64,000 nt of DNA, taken from the NCBI GenBank assembly GCA_964016885.1, contig OZ024744.1, positions 41,788,001 through 41,852,000 of the forward strand, read 5' to 3'. Position 1 is the first letter of the stretch; the number at the start of each line of letters is the position of its first letter. This DNA comes from Eledone cirrhosa (taxonomy: Eukaryota). Both the position numbers and the translations under genes were made by a program. The notes beneath the pieces are model-generated. The model worked only from the letters and a program-made list of their open reading frames with translations. It was not told the origin of the DNA and ran no database searches. This document shows, in pieces, positions 13,486 through 26,400 of this stretch.

Positions 13486-13505
13486 ATCATCATCATCATC
13501 ATCAT

Positions 13506-13537
<32 letters not shown>

Positions 13538-13790
13538 CCATCACCATCACCACCACCATCATTATCATCATCATCATCGTTTTTACGTCCATTGTTTCAC
13601 ACTTGCATGGGTTGGATGGGTCCTTCACAGCGCAGCATCTCTCCACTTGCTGCGTTTCTTTGTCATCTCTTCAGTAAGTCCCAGCAATTTGGGGTCAAGT
13701 CTCATCACCTCTGCCCAGGTCTTTCTCAGTCTACCATTATTCACATTTCCTGGCATTTCTTCTACCATCGATCATCATTCATGTGCATCA
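13486..13790 (-). mobile_element. RTE LINE extreme 3' fragment with (CAT/CAC)n tail
   Basis: Similar to 1750-1985 (TTTTACG..CATGGGTTGGA..GGTCCTT) and adjacent to a microsatellite. Confidence 0.6.
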
Positions 13791-15561
13791 GATGTATATA
13801 TACATATGTCATCGCTATCTAACATCTGCTTTCCCTGCTAGCAAGGGTTGGAAGGGTCTACATAGACCAAGTCAGTACTGAAGCAGGGCTACTAACTCCC
13901 AGATAGGCTGAGGGGTCTATATTATGCTTACATACAGTTATATTAAGTGCAGAGGAGGAGTTGTCGTGTCCTTTAACATAACCTGAGGGGTGTCCCTAAC
14001 CCCTTATTTGGAAAGCTATCTATGGCTGGATGCCCTTCTTAACACCAACCATTTTACAGTGTGTCTATATTTATGTCTTTACAATATCTTTCCACACAGT
14101 TTCTGTTTACCAAATTTCACACACAAATCCTTGATAAACCTGTGACTACAGTAAAAGACACATTACCAAGGTACCACACAGTGAGACTGAACCTGAAACC
14201 ATGAGGCTGTATAGCAAACTCCTTAACTACATGGCCATATCTGCACCATTGTTCATAAGGTTTTAAGGATTCTGTATATTGTGGTGTACATGTGTAACAG
14301 TATATTTCAGCTATGCCCTGCAGACAAAGTGACAAAAGTATTGCTGTGAAGAACAACCAGTGGCACCCTCTGCAGGAGCCACTCCACTTCATGGGGCTCC
14401 ATCCTCAAGCAGGATGCACTCTTCCTACTTTTGGCAGTGGAAAATAGCAGTTCAGGGACCAAGAACACTGAAGGTCTTGACAGCAACTGGCACAAACATG
14501 AAGAGGCTAGTCAAGTCACAGTATTTGGTAATTTTCTGATCCTCTCCTCTGCATTACAGGCAGCAGTGCCCAGGTTAGAAGTCAAAGCAACAAGATTTTC
14601 AAGCAGAGAACATGTTGCAATATGTTCTAGATTAGAGATGTACCTCTCTAGAATGAAAAAAGAATTATCTCATCTGAGTGCTTGCTATCACCAAGGTCAA
14701 GGTAAGCAGATTCTAGTTGTAATAAGAAACTGGCCATATCCAAGCTCCTTCTGATGATAACGTCCAAAAGTGACAGGCCATGGGAACCAACTATCATTGT
14801 GATGACAAGAGATGTTGATGTAGTTTGAATTCTTTGACCATTGGTCCACAATGGCATTTCTCAGACTCATAAATGGTAGAAGCCAAGGTGTAAGGTTGTA
14901 CCAGATAAGGACGAGGGCACTGAATTAAGCCACTTATTAGAGTATGGCTGTGAGCAAGACTTGAAGCAGTCCAGGCGGTGTTTGTCCAGAGATGAATCAA
15001 TCGACATGCAGGTTGTAACAGGTTCTTCTCATATAGAGAAATATTGGGGAATGGTAACGATTCATATTAGGCCTATCTTTCCTCATTTTAGTGCATCCAT
15101 TGATCCATTGATCCATTGATTTCTTGTTTTAAGATGCAAAATGAGAAAGGTGGTGAGATAAAAAAAAAATATATCAATCATGTTTCTGTTATATTTGTTT
15201 GATTCTGTCAAAATTCATGGTTTAACCTTTAGAAACTGAATGAATTTAGAGAAAACACATGCATGAACATACATATACACATGCACATATACATACATAC
15301 GCATGCACATATACATACACATACACACTCACATGAATGCAGACAGATGCATACACACACACACTCACTCACACATTTAAAACCATACTCATATTCTTTC
15401 TCAAACACATAAACATTCGTACTCACAAATATGCACCCACCTGCATGGTGATTGCAATTTCCAACACTTTTAAACACTAATTCTCTCTCTCTCTCCCTCT
15501 CTCTCTCTGAGAATGTATTTCACTCACTATCTTTCTTTAACCACTATCTTTCTTTAACCAC

Positions 15562-16275
15562 GGGCGCCCGGGTAGGGACCCATCGAAAAAGGTGAGTCCC
15601 AGATGCGTGTGCGACGAGGAAACCGTTGCACACGCATTAGTACACTGCTCGGGCGTAGCCGATCTGTGGGGCTATGTCGAACAACTGCTGTCAAGGGTGG
15701 GACCGATCCGGTTGACCACCGAGTCTATTGTAACGATCAAGCCGCCTCCCCTCTTCAAAAACGAAGGAGAGGTGGTGTTTCTGTGCGTAATAGCCATGGC
15801 GAAAGAGGTTGTATGGTGGACGTGTCTGAAAGGACTGAGGTCAGACACCTTTCTCTCTGGCCAACAACTGGTCCGTTTCTTCCGATATCATTTCGGAAGA
15901 AGGATCAGGATGGAGAGTGAGGTGCTGCACCCCAGCCGTTTTTATGAAAGATGGGTGAAAGTGGCGAGAATGGCCCGTGTGAATGGGCCTTCAATCTACA
16001 TCAGACTATAGGTGAGGAAGATGAAAGACCAAGGGAGCACCCCTTCTCTGTGCTCCTGAGGAGAAGGGTTGCACACTTTTTTCGGGGGTGTGTGCGACCC
16101 CCCAAGGCGCCTCCTCTCTATTGAGGACTTTGTTATAAATTTTATTTTTTGTTATATTTTATTTTATTTTTATATTTTGTTATTGCCTCCTCCTTATTGA
16201 GGACGCTTTGTTTTGTAAACTCCCCCCATTGTACTTGTCCCACTTTTGATGCCCTGGTGGCAAATAAAAGAAACA
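15562..16275 (+). mobile_element. 5'-truncated Tx1/L1-clade LINE 3' end with 17-bp target-site duplication
   Basis: ORF 15592-16011 has a zinc-finger-like PRCVCDEETVAHALVHC...W; the 3' UTR ends AATAAAAGAAA; TATCTTTCTTTAACCAC occurs at 15545-15561 and 16276-16292. Confidence 0.85.
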
Positions 16276-16879
16276 TATCTTTCTTTAACCACTCTATCTC
16301 TCTCACTCTCAGTGGATATATATCAGTCTCTCTTTCATATATCTCTCCCACACTTGCTCTACTTTTATGTATTCTTTTTTGTAGATAAAATTTAGCTGTG
16401 TGGTAATGTACTAGGTGCCTTTCCAAAGACCAAGGCCTCTCAATACACACAAGTCGGCTATAGAATAACTTCTCTATTTTAGGCTTTTAACACCTTCGAC
16501 TGAATTTCGTATTCCCCAATGGCCTTGCTTCATTTGAGGTCTTTATAAAGTTTCATTCCAGCCTCATGTGTCTGGAATGAAAATCAGTGCTATGAAAACT
16601 GCCTGAGATAATGATGATGATGTTTCAATAATCATAAATAATATCCCAAGGGACAGAAAAAAAATGGCTGCTGGTCTGTTCACTTTTTTCCATATCTAAG
16701 AGTAGTTTACTTAATTTTCTCAACTGTTATCTATAATGATATTATCAACATTTCTGAGTTGGGTCACTCACATTTCAAATTCTAGCTTTCCCAACTGTTA
16801 TAGTAGTAATAATAATTAATTAAAATTTAATTTTAAAAATCTCCTTGTAAAAGTAAAGAATTCTCTAGTAATCTTTTTA

Positions 16880-17026
16880 ATAATTGTTTCTACTTTTGGC
16901 ACAAGGCCAGCAATTACCCAGTATGTTACTCGTACTTTATTTTATCGACCCCGTTAGGATGAAAGGCAGCAGGATTTGAACTCAGAACGTAAAGAGCCAT
17001 AACTCCATGCTGCCAATCCACTGCCC
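16880..17026 (-). mobile_element. Nin/Deu SINE, internally deleted
   Basis: TACTTTATTTTATCGACCCCGTTAGGATGAAAGGC...GGATTTGAACTCAG...TGCCAATCCACTGCCC. Confidence 0.75.
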
Positions 17027-18332
17027 TGTCATCTTTTTTTATAATAATTGATATTCAGTTTAGAAGGTGATAGTCAGGGCTTCTGAGGAATGTTTTCAAG
17101 ATAAGAGAAAACTACTTTTGGCCACCAATGGACAGGTGAGTATTAGATATGGGGGTGAAGGTACATGGCCTAGTGGCTACTGTATTGGACTTATGGTTAT
17201 AATGTTGTGGGTTCAATTCCTAGACTAGGTGGCACATGTTCTTGAGCAAAACACTTATTTTTACATTGAAAATTAGTATCAGCAGTAGCTGTGATAGACG
17301 TGGTTGTTAAATCTGCTAGAAATGATAGCCCAATACCCCTCAAATGACATCCTACCATTTCAAAACTTAAGGATATGTTAGTCAATGGTTGTAGGTGGAA
17401 TTCATTTGACTAAAGCTCTGACTGATTGAAGCTTACCTGGGTATAAACAATCACAAAAATAATCCTACTCACCTAACAATGGAAAACATACGCATTGTAA
17501 TTTCTTTACCAACAAAGTTCTACATAGTCACTTTAGCTTCTAGAAATAGCAGGAAAAGCTCCCTCAAATCACAAAGTGTTATGTTAAATTTAAAAAAGAG
17601 GGCACACTGGATAATGTATTTTGGCTAAAACAGCAAATAGTTGCAACGGCAGAAAGTGTCTGATGATACAAAGAGTGTCCAATGGATACATTTAACAAAA
17701 CCAGCAATTTCTCAGAGATCTCCTGTAGTTAAATGACAACAAATCAGGAAAGGACACACTGGGCAGTGTTCTGTTCATGATTGTAAAGTCATAAGTTAAA
17801 CTCATGAGTTTGACACATTATTTGAGGCTGTTTTAGTTCACTTAGCTGGCAAAAATGAGTTGTAACTGTAATTCAAAGAGTCAGCTTTGTCACAATATAT
17901 CATGCTGAATCTCCCTAAGAACTACATTAAGGGTACACGTGTCTGTGGAATACTCAGCCTCTTAAATATTAATTTTGTGAGTAGGTAGTTTATTGGTCTG
18001 CTGGTCAAATATTTGGAACATTCAAGACCAGAACTGATGGAGGTCCAACAGACAACAACATATATACAGTCTAAAAAAAATAGGATGGTCACAGTTGGAA
18101 TGTCTTTGATAATAGATTTGCATAATCAGAGTTGACCTATGACTAAACAGCAACATAAAAACAGTTCCTAATATAGTCACTATGCCAGAAATTTTGATGT
18201 GAGGGATTACTTGACTAAAATCGTCCTTAGTGTATGACTGGTACTTCATTTTACTTCATTTACTTCCCCAGCATACACAGAGACACACACACATATACAC
18301 TCAATGATGTATTGCATGCACTTCATCCACTT

Positions 18333-18367
<35 letters not shown>

Positions 18368-19269
18368 TTTGTACCCTTAACATAATTCTCTGAGAGATTC
18401 ACTATGGCAGTCTGTGACAAGGCTGGCACTTTTTCAGGTATAATTTAATCAACAGGCTTCTGAACAGTTTCTATATACCACATTTTGGTTGCAAGTCTTG
18501 TGTAGGTCCAAGTAAAAGACGTTTGCCCATGATTCTATGCAATATTTTGGATGTTATAATTGTAAAGTAGGCTTCTTAACCATTTGGCCATGTTGTGTTG
18601 ATGATATACACATAAACGCACCCCACTCACACTTTCTTTCAACACACCACCCTTACCACTTCCACTCGCTTCCACCCACCTGTCACTTTTAACTTCCTTA
18701 CTTTCCACTCCTTTTCTTCTAAAGGAAGAAAGACAAAATTTACTTTAGCAGAATCTATACTCAGAACATATGCAGCTAGAACAAGTAGTACAAGGTATTT
18801 TGTCTGATACTTGATGATTCAGAACTAAGAACTGAAACAGCTAGGACAAATACTGTCAGGTAATTTATTTTCCAATTTTCCAATCTAACACTTCTGCCAA
18901 TCATATACATTGGTTAAGGTAGTCATGATACACTTAAGAAAAAGGGCTCTCTTTGAGGGTTTAGTAGATCTAGGTAGTCTTATTACTAAACAACAATAAT
19001 TTTGTATTATAGTCTATAGGGAGCATTGTGAAATTTTATGGAAAGCTGGTACAATGCAAGTTGGAAATACAGGAGTTTAAATTTGAATAAATTCCATGAC
19101 ATTTCAAGGTTAGGACCTCTTTTTTATATAAAAAAGGGGGAGGGGGAATGAAATGTGGTGTTGTTCTACTATATTAATCTTACTTTATTCTACTATAGCT
19201 TTCATTCTTGTATTTTCAATTTACATTTTACTGGTTTTTCCCAAAACAACAATAATATTGTATGTTTTC

Positions 19270-20401
19270 TGATGACTTGGCTAATTGCCTCTGCTAGTTT
19301 TTTAACTAGCTCTCCCTCAGCTCTAGTTTTATCTATCACTACAGCTTCACTAAATCTTATCAATTCTATTCTAATTTCTCTTATAGGGTGAGGCACCATT
19401 TGTTGTTGACAATTGCCCCGTCAATGCCCGCTTAACTAATTCACTAATCTGGTCTCTGTAAGCTTTGCACACCAGGAAGTATGATCTTCCTGTCTCTGCC
19501 TTTGGAGTTCATCTAAGACAACTGTACAGATCAACATTTGTGGTCTGGGTAGTCAACTACTTTAAATGTGAACAACCTATGCTAGCCTTATCTACTTCTC
19601 TACAGAATACCCAAACTAAACATGATCTGGATAACCCCGTGCAGTTTGACTATGTCCACACTGACATATTCAGGAAATTCAGTCAATACCTGTCAGACAG
19701 TTGGAATTGTCTGTGCTGGTTTGCGAGACTTTTCACCCTCCTCCCCTGTCTGTTAAGCACACAATGTCCCAGCATGCATCTAAGATACCATTCAAGTCAC
19801 CCACCAACATTACAGAGTGGAACATTTCTAGAAAATTTTCCAGAATTGAAGAAATCTGGTTTTGCCCCTTATCAGGGCATAGACAGCAACCCTACTGAAA
19901 GCATGTTTCTCACTGCCAGTCTCATCAAGCACCACTAACTTAACTACTGGATCCAGGAAAATGGTCCATAACACAAGATCCAAGCCTTTCTGAAACAGCA
20001 GTGACTAAACCTCCTGCTTCTGAATGACTTGGAGATGTGTAAAATTCATAGCCTCCAAAAATGGGTGTAAAGTCTTGTGACTTGGAAATTCTGGCTATGC
20101 TGATGATCACTACATCACTGTTCAGTGACCTAAGATCATTAAGCATGTACCCCTGCTCCCAAGTAGATCCAAGGTCATGTACATTCACACTGCCTATTAT
20201 GATCAAGGCCAGGTTAATAGGAAAAACAGTAAGAAAGAACACTTGCTTGGTTTTGTGTGGAAAGGCAGATTGTCCATCCTGCTGGTTGTTTTGGGGTGTT
20301 TCCATCAACAGATAACCAAGTAAATCCTTCATGATGTTCTCTCAGGCATCATCGATTTCCTTTGGAAATTTAATTTTTAGATGTGTATGTGTATCTTGTG
20401 T
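19270..20401 (-). mobile_element. Tx1/L1-clade LINE ORF2 5' part (APE endonuclease pseudogene) and ORF1 tail
   Basis: IIIGSVNVHDL...LNDLRSLNSDVVIIS (APE motifs I/II), VAVYA, VGDLNGILD (GDFN motif) and DYPDHK (SDH motif), with stops and frameshifts. Confidence 0.75.
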
Positions 20402-23400
20402 TGTCTGAATGATATGTGTGTAGGTATGGGGACAGTTGGTGTCTGAATGATATGAGTGTAGATATGGGGACTGTTGATGTCTCAATATGTATGTTGGTAT
20501 GGGGACTGTTGGTGTCTCAATATGTATGTAGGTATGAGGACTGTTGGTGTCTGAATGATATGTGTGTAGGTAGGGGACTGTTGGTGTCTCAATATGTATG
20601 TAGGTATGGGCACTGTTGATGTCTCAATATGTATGTAGGTATGGGGACTGTTGGTGTCTCAATATGTATGTAGGTATGAGGACTGTTGGTGTCTGAATGA
20701 TATGTGTGTAGGTAGGGGACTGTTGGTGTCTCAATATGTATGTAGGTATGGGGACTGTTGGTGTCTCAATATGTATGTAGGTATGGAGACTCTTGGTGTC
20801 TCAATATGTATGTAGGTATGGGGACTCTTGGTGTCTCAATATGTATGTAGGTATGGGGACTGTTGGTGTCTCAATATGTATGTAGGTATGGGGACTCTTG
20901 GTGTCTCAATATGTATGTAGGTATGGGGACTGTTGGTGTCTGAATGATATGTATGTAGGTATGGGGGCTGTTGGTGTCTGAAGGATATGTATGTAAGTAT
21001 GGGGACAGTTGGAATCTGAATGATATGTATGTAGGTTTGAGGACTGTTGGTGTCTTAATAAGTGTGTAGGTATGGGGACTGTTGATGTCTGAATGATAAG
21101 TGTGTAGGTAGGGGACTGTTGGTGTCTGAATATGTGTGTAGGTATGGGGAATGTTTATGTCTGGATAAAATGTGTGTAGGTATGGGGACTGTTGGTGTCT
21201 GAATAATATGTGGGTAGGTATGGCGACTCTTGGTTTCTCAATATGTATGTAGATAGAGGGACTGTTGATGTCTGAATATGTGTGTGTAGGTATGGGGACT
21301 GTTGGTGTCTGAATATGTGTGTGTAGGTATGAGGACTGTAGGTGTCTGAATGATATGTATGTAAGTATGGGGACTGTTGGTGTCTGAATTATATGTGTCT
21401 AGGTATGGGGACTGTTGGTGTCCAAATGATATGTGTGTAGGTATGGGGAGAGTTGGTGTCTGAATGATATGTATGTAAGTATGGGGACTGTTGGTGTCTG
21501 AATGATATGTATGTAGGTATAGGGGCTGTTGGTGTCTGAATGATATGTGTCTAGGTATGGGGACTGTTGGTGTCTGAATGATATGTGTGTAGGTATGGGG
21601 ACTGTTGGTGTCTGAATGATATGTGTGTAGGTATGGGGACTGTTGGTGTCTGAATGCTATGTGTGTAGGTATCGGGACTGTTGGTGTCTGAATGATATGT
21701 GTGTAGGTATGGTGACTGTTGGTGTCTGAATGATATGTGTGTAGGTATGGGGACTGTTGGTGTCTCAATATGTATGTAGGTATGGGGACTGTTGGTGTCT
21801 CAATATGTGTGTAGGTATGGGGACTGTTGGTGTCTCAATATGTATGTAGGTTTGGGGACTGTTGGTGTCTGAATGCTATGTGTGTAGGTATCGGGACTGT
21901 TGGTGTCTGAATGATATGTGTGTAGGTATGGTGACTGTTGGTGTCTGAATGATATGTGTGTAGGTATGGGGACTGTTGGTGTCTCAATATGTATGTAGGT
22001 ATGGGGACTGTTTGTGTCTCAATATGTGTGTAGGTATGGGAACTGTTGGTGTCTCAATATGTATGTAGGTATGGAAACTGTTGGTGTCTCAATATGTATG
22101 TAGGTATGGGAACTGTTGGTTTCTCAATATGTATGTAGGTATGGGGACTGTTGGTGTCTGAATGTGTGTGTGTAGGTATGGGGACTGTTGGTGTCTGAAT
22201 GATATGTATGTAGATATGGGGACTGTTGGTGTCTGAATGATATGTGTGTAGGTATGGGGACAATTGGTTTCTGAATTATATGTGTCTAGGTATGGGGACT
22301 GTTGGTGTCTGAATGATATGTGTCTAGGTATGGGGACTGTTGGTGTCTGAATGATATGTATGAAGGTATGGGGACTGTTGGTGTCTGAATCATATGTATG
22401 AAGGTATGGGGGCTGTTGGTGTCTGAATGATATGTATGTAGGTATGGGGACTGTTGGTGTCTGAATGGTATGTGTGTTGGTATGGGGACTGTTGATGTCT
22501 CAATATGTATGTAGGTATGGGGACTGTTGATGTCTGAATGATATGTGTGTAGGTAGGGGACTGTTGGTGTCTGAATATGTATGTATGTATGGGGAATGTT
22601 GATGTCTGAATGATATGTGTGTAGGTATGGGGACTCTTGGTTTCTCAATATGTATGTAGGTATGAGGACTGTTTGTGTCTGAATGCTATGTGTGTAGGTA
22701 TGGGGACTGTTGGTGTCTCAATATCTATGTAGATAGAGGGACTGTTGATGTCTGAATATGCGTGTGTAGGTATGGGGACTGTTGGTGTCTGAATTATATG
22801 TGTGTAGGTATGGGAACTGTTGGTGTCTGAATATGTGTGTGTAGGTATGGGGACTGTTGGTGTCTGAATGATATGTGTGTTGGTATGGGGACTGTTGGTG
22901 TCTGACTGATATGAGTCTAGGTATGAGGACTGTTGGTGTCCGAATGCTATGCGTGTAGGTATGGGGACTGTAGGTGTCAGAATGATATGTGTGTTGGTAT
23001 GGGGACTGTTGGTGTCTGAATGATATGTATGTAGGTATGGGGACTGTTGGTGTCTGAATGATATGTATGTAAGTATGGGGACTGTTGGTGTCTGAATGAT
23101 ATGTATGTAGATATAGGGGCTGTTGGTGTCTGAATTATATGTGTCTAGGTATCGGGACTGTTGGTGTCCGAGTGATATGTGTGTAGGTATGGGGACTGTT
23201 GGTGTCTGAATGATATGTGTGTTGGAATGGGGACTGTTGGTGTCTGAATGATATGTGTCTAGGTATGGGGACTGTTGATGTCTGAATTCTATGTGTCTAG
23301 GTATGGGGACTGTTGGTGTCCGAATGATATGTGTGTAGGTATGGGGACTGTTGGTGTCTGAATGATATGTGTCTAGGTATGGGGACTGTTGGTGTCCGAA

Positions 23401-26400
23401 TGATATGTGTGTAGGTATGGGGACTGTTGGTGTCTGAATGATATGTGTGTAGGTATGGAGACTATTGGTGTCTGAATGATACATATGTAGGTATGGGCAC
23501 TGTTGGTGTCTCAATATGTATGTAGGTATGGGGACTGTTGATGTCTCAATATGTGTGTAGGTATAGGACTGTTGATGGCTGAATATGTATGTAGGTATGG
23601 GGACTGTTGGTGTCTGAATGATATATGTGTAGGTATGGGGACAGTTGATGTCTTAATATGTATGTAGGTATGGGGACTGTTGGTGTCTCAATATGTGTGT
23701 AGGTATGGGGACTGTTGGTGTCTCAATATGTGTGTAGGTATGGGGACTGTTGGTGTCTCAATATGTGTGTAGGTATGGGGACTGTTGGTGTCTCAATATG
23801 TGTGTAGGTATGGGGACTGTTGGTGTCTCAATATGTATGTAGGAATGGGGACTGTTGATGTCTCAATATGTATGTAGGTATGGAAACTGTTGGTGTCTCA
23901 ATATGTATGTAGGTATGGGGTCTGTTGATTTCTCAATATGTATGTAGGTATGGGGACTGTTGGTGTCTGAATGTGTGCGTGTAGGTATGGGGACTGTTGG
24001 TGTCTGAATGATATGTGTGTAGGTATGGGGACAGTTGGTGTCTGAATAATATGTGTCTAGGTATGGGGACTGTTGGTGTCTGAATATGTGTGTGTAGGTA
24101 TGGGGACTGTTGGTGTCTGAATGATATGTGTGTAGGTATGGGGACTCTTGGTTTCTCAATATGTATGTAGGTATGGGTACTGTTGGTGTCTGAAGGATAT
24201 GTGTGTAGGTATGGGGACAGTTGATGTCTCAATATGTATCTAGGTATGGGGAGAGTTGGTGTCTCAATATGTGTGTAGGTATGGGGACTGTTAGTGTCTC
24301 AATATGTATGTAGGTATGGGGACTGTTGGTGTCTCAATATGTATGTAGGTATGGGGACTGTTGATTTCTCAATATGTATGTAGGTATGGGGACTGTTGGT
24401 GTCTCAATATGTATGTAGGTATGGTGACTGTTGTTGTCTCAATATGTATGTAGGTATGGGGACTGTTGGTGTCTGAATTATATGTATGTAGGTATAGGGG
24501 CTGTTGGTGTCTGAATTAAATGTGTCTATGTATGGGGACTGTTGGTGTCTGAATATGTGTGTAGGTATGGGGACTGTTGGTGTCTGAATGATATGTGTGT
24601 AGGTATGGGGACTCTTGGTTTCTCAATATGTATGTAGGTATGGGGACTGTTGGTGTCTGAATGATATGTGTGTAGGTATGGGGACTGTTGGTGTCTCAAT
24701 ATGTATGTAGGTATGGGGACTGTTGGTGTCTGAATGATATATGTGTAGGTATGGGGACTGTTGGTGTCTCAATATGTGTGTAGGTATGGGGACTGTTGGT
24801 GTCTCAATATGTATGTAGGAATGGGGACTGTTGATGTCTCAATATGTATGTAGGTATGGAAACTGTTGGTGTCTCAATATGTATGTAGGTATGGGGTCTG
24901 TTGATTTCTCAATATGTATGTAGGTATGGGGACTGTTGGTGTCTGAATGTGTGCGTGTAGGTATGGGGACTGTTGGTGTCTGAATGATCTGTATGTAGAT
25001 ATGGGGACTGTTGGTGTCTGAATGATATGTGTGTAGGTATGGGGACAGTTGGTGTCTGAATAATATGTGTCTAGGTATGGGGACTGTTGGTGTCTGAATA
25101 TGTGTGTGTCGGTATGGGGACTGTTGGTGTCTGAATGATATGTGTGTAGGTATGGGGACTCTTGGTTTCTCAATATGTATGTAGGTATGGGTACTGTTGG
25201 TGTCTGAAGGATATGTGTGTAGGTATGGGGACAGTTGATGTCTCAATATGTATCTAGGTATGGGGAGAGTTGGTGTCTCAATATGTGTGTAGGTATGGGG
25301 ACTGTTAGTGTCTCAATATGTATGTAGGTATGGGGACTGTTGGTGTCTCAATATGTATGTAGGTATGGGGACTGTTGATTTCTCAATATGTATGTAGGTA
25401 TGGGGACTGTTGGTGTCTCAATATGTATGTAGGTATGGTGACTGTTGTTGTCTCAATATGTATGTAGGTATGGGGACTGTTGGTGTCTGAATTATATGTA
25501 TGTAGGTATAGGGGCTGTTGGTGTCTGAATTAAATGTGTCTATGTATGGGGACTGTTGGTGTCTGAATATGTGTGTAGGTATGGGGACTGTTGGTGTCTG
25601 AATGATATGTATGTAGGTATAGGGGCTGCTGGTGTCTGTATTATATGTGTCTAGGTATGGGGACTGTTGGTGTCCAAATGATATGTGTGTAGGTATGGGG
25701 ACTGTTGGTGTCTGAATGATATGTGTCTAGGTATGGGGACTGTTGGTGTCTGAATGATATGTTTGTTGGTATGGGGACTGGTGGTGTCTGAATGATATGT
25801 GTCTAGGTATGGGGACTGTTGGTGTCTGAATGATATGTGTGTAGGTATGAGGACTGTTGGTGTCTGAATGCTATGTGTGTAGGTATGGGTACTGTTGATT
25901 TTTCAATATGTATGTAGGTATGGGGACTGTTGATGTCTCAATATGTGTGTAGGTATGAGGACTGTTGATGGCTGAATATGTATGTAGGTATGGGGACTGT
26001 TGGTGTCTGAATGATATATGTGTAGGTATGGGGACAGTTGATGTCTTAATATGTATGTAGGTATGGTGACTGTTGGTGTCTGAATGATATGTGTGTAGGT
26101 ATGGGAACTGTTGGTGTCTCAATATGTGTGTAGGTATGCGGACTGTTGGTGTCTCAATATGTATGTAGGTATGGTGACTGTTGGTGTCTGAATGATATGT
26201 GTGTAGGTATGGGAACTGTTGGTGTCTCAATATGTATGTAGGTATGGGGACTGTTGGTGTCTCAATATGTATGTAGATATGGAAAACTGTTGGTGTCTCA
26301 ATATGTATGTAGGTATGGTGTCTGTTGATTTCTCAATATGTATGTAGATATGGGGACTGTTGGTGTCTGAATGTGTGTGTGTATGTATGGGGACTGTTGG

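Noticed and set aside
14300-15050. GC-richer segment possibly from a Gypsy LTR protease/RT region or a host exon
   Set aside because: Only vague motif resemblance, on conflicting strands; it needs a translated search.
16551-16582. Perfect 11-bp hairpin TTTCATTCCAG/CTGGAATGAAA
   Set aside because: Isolated, with no associated element or gene; could be chance or MITE debris.
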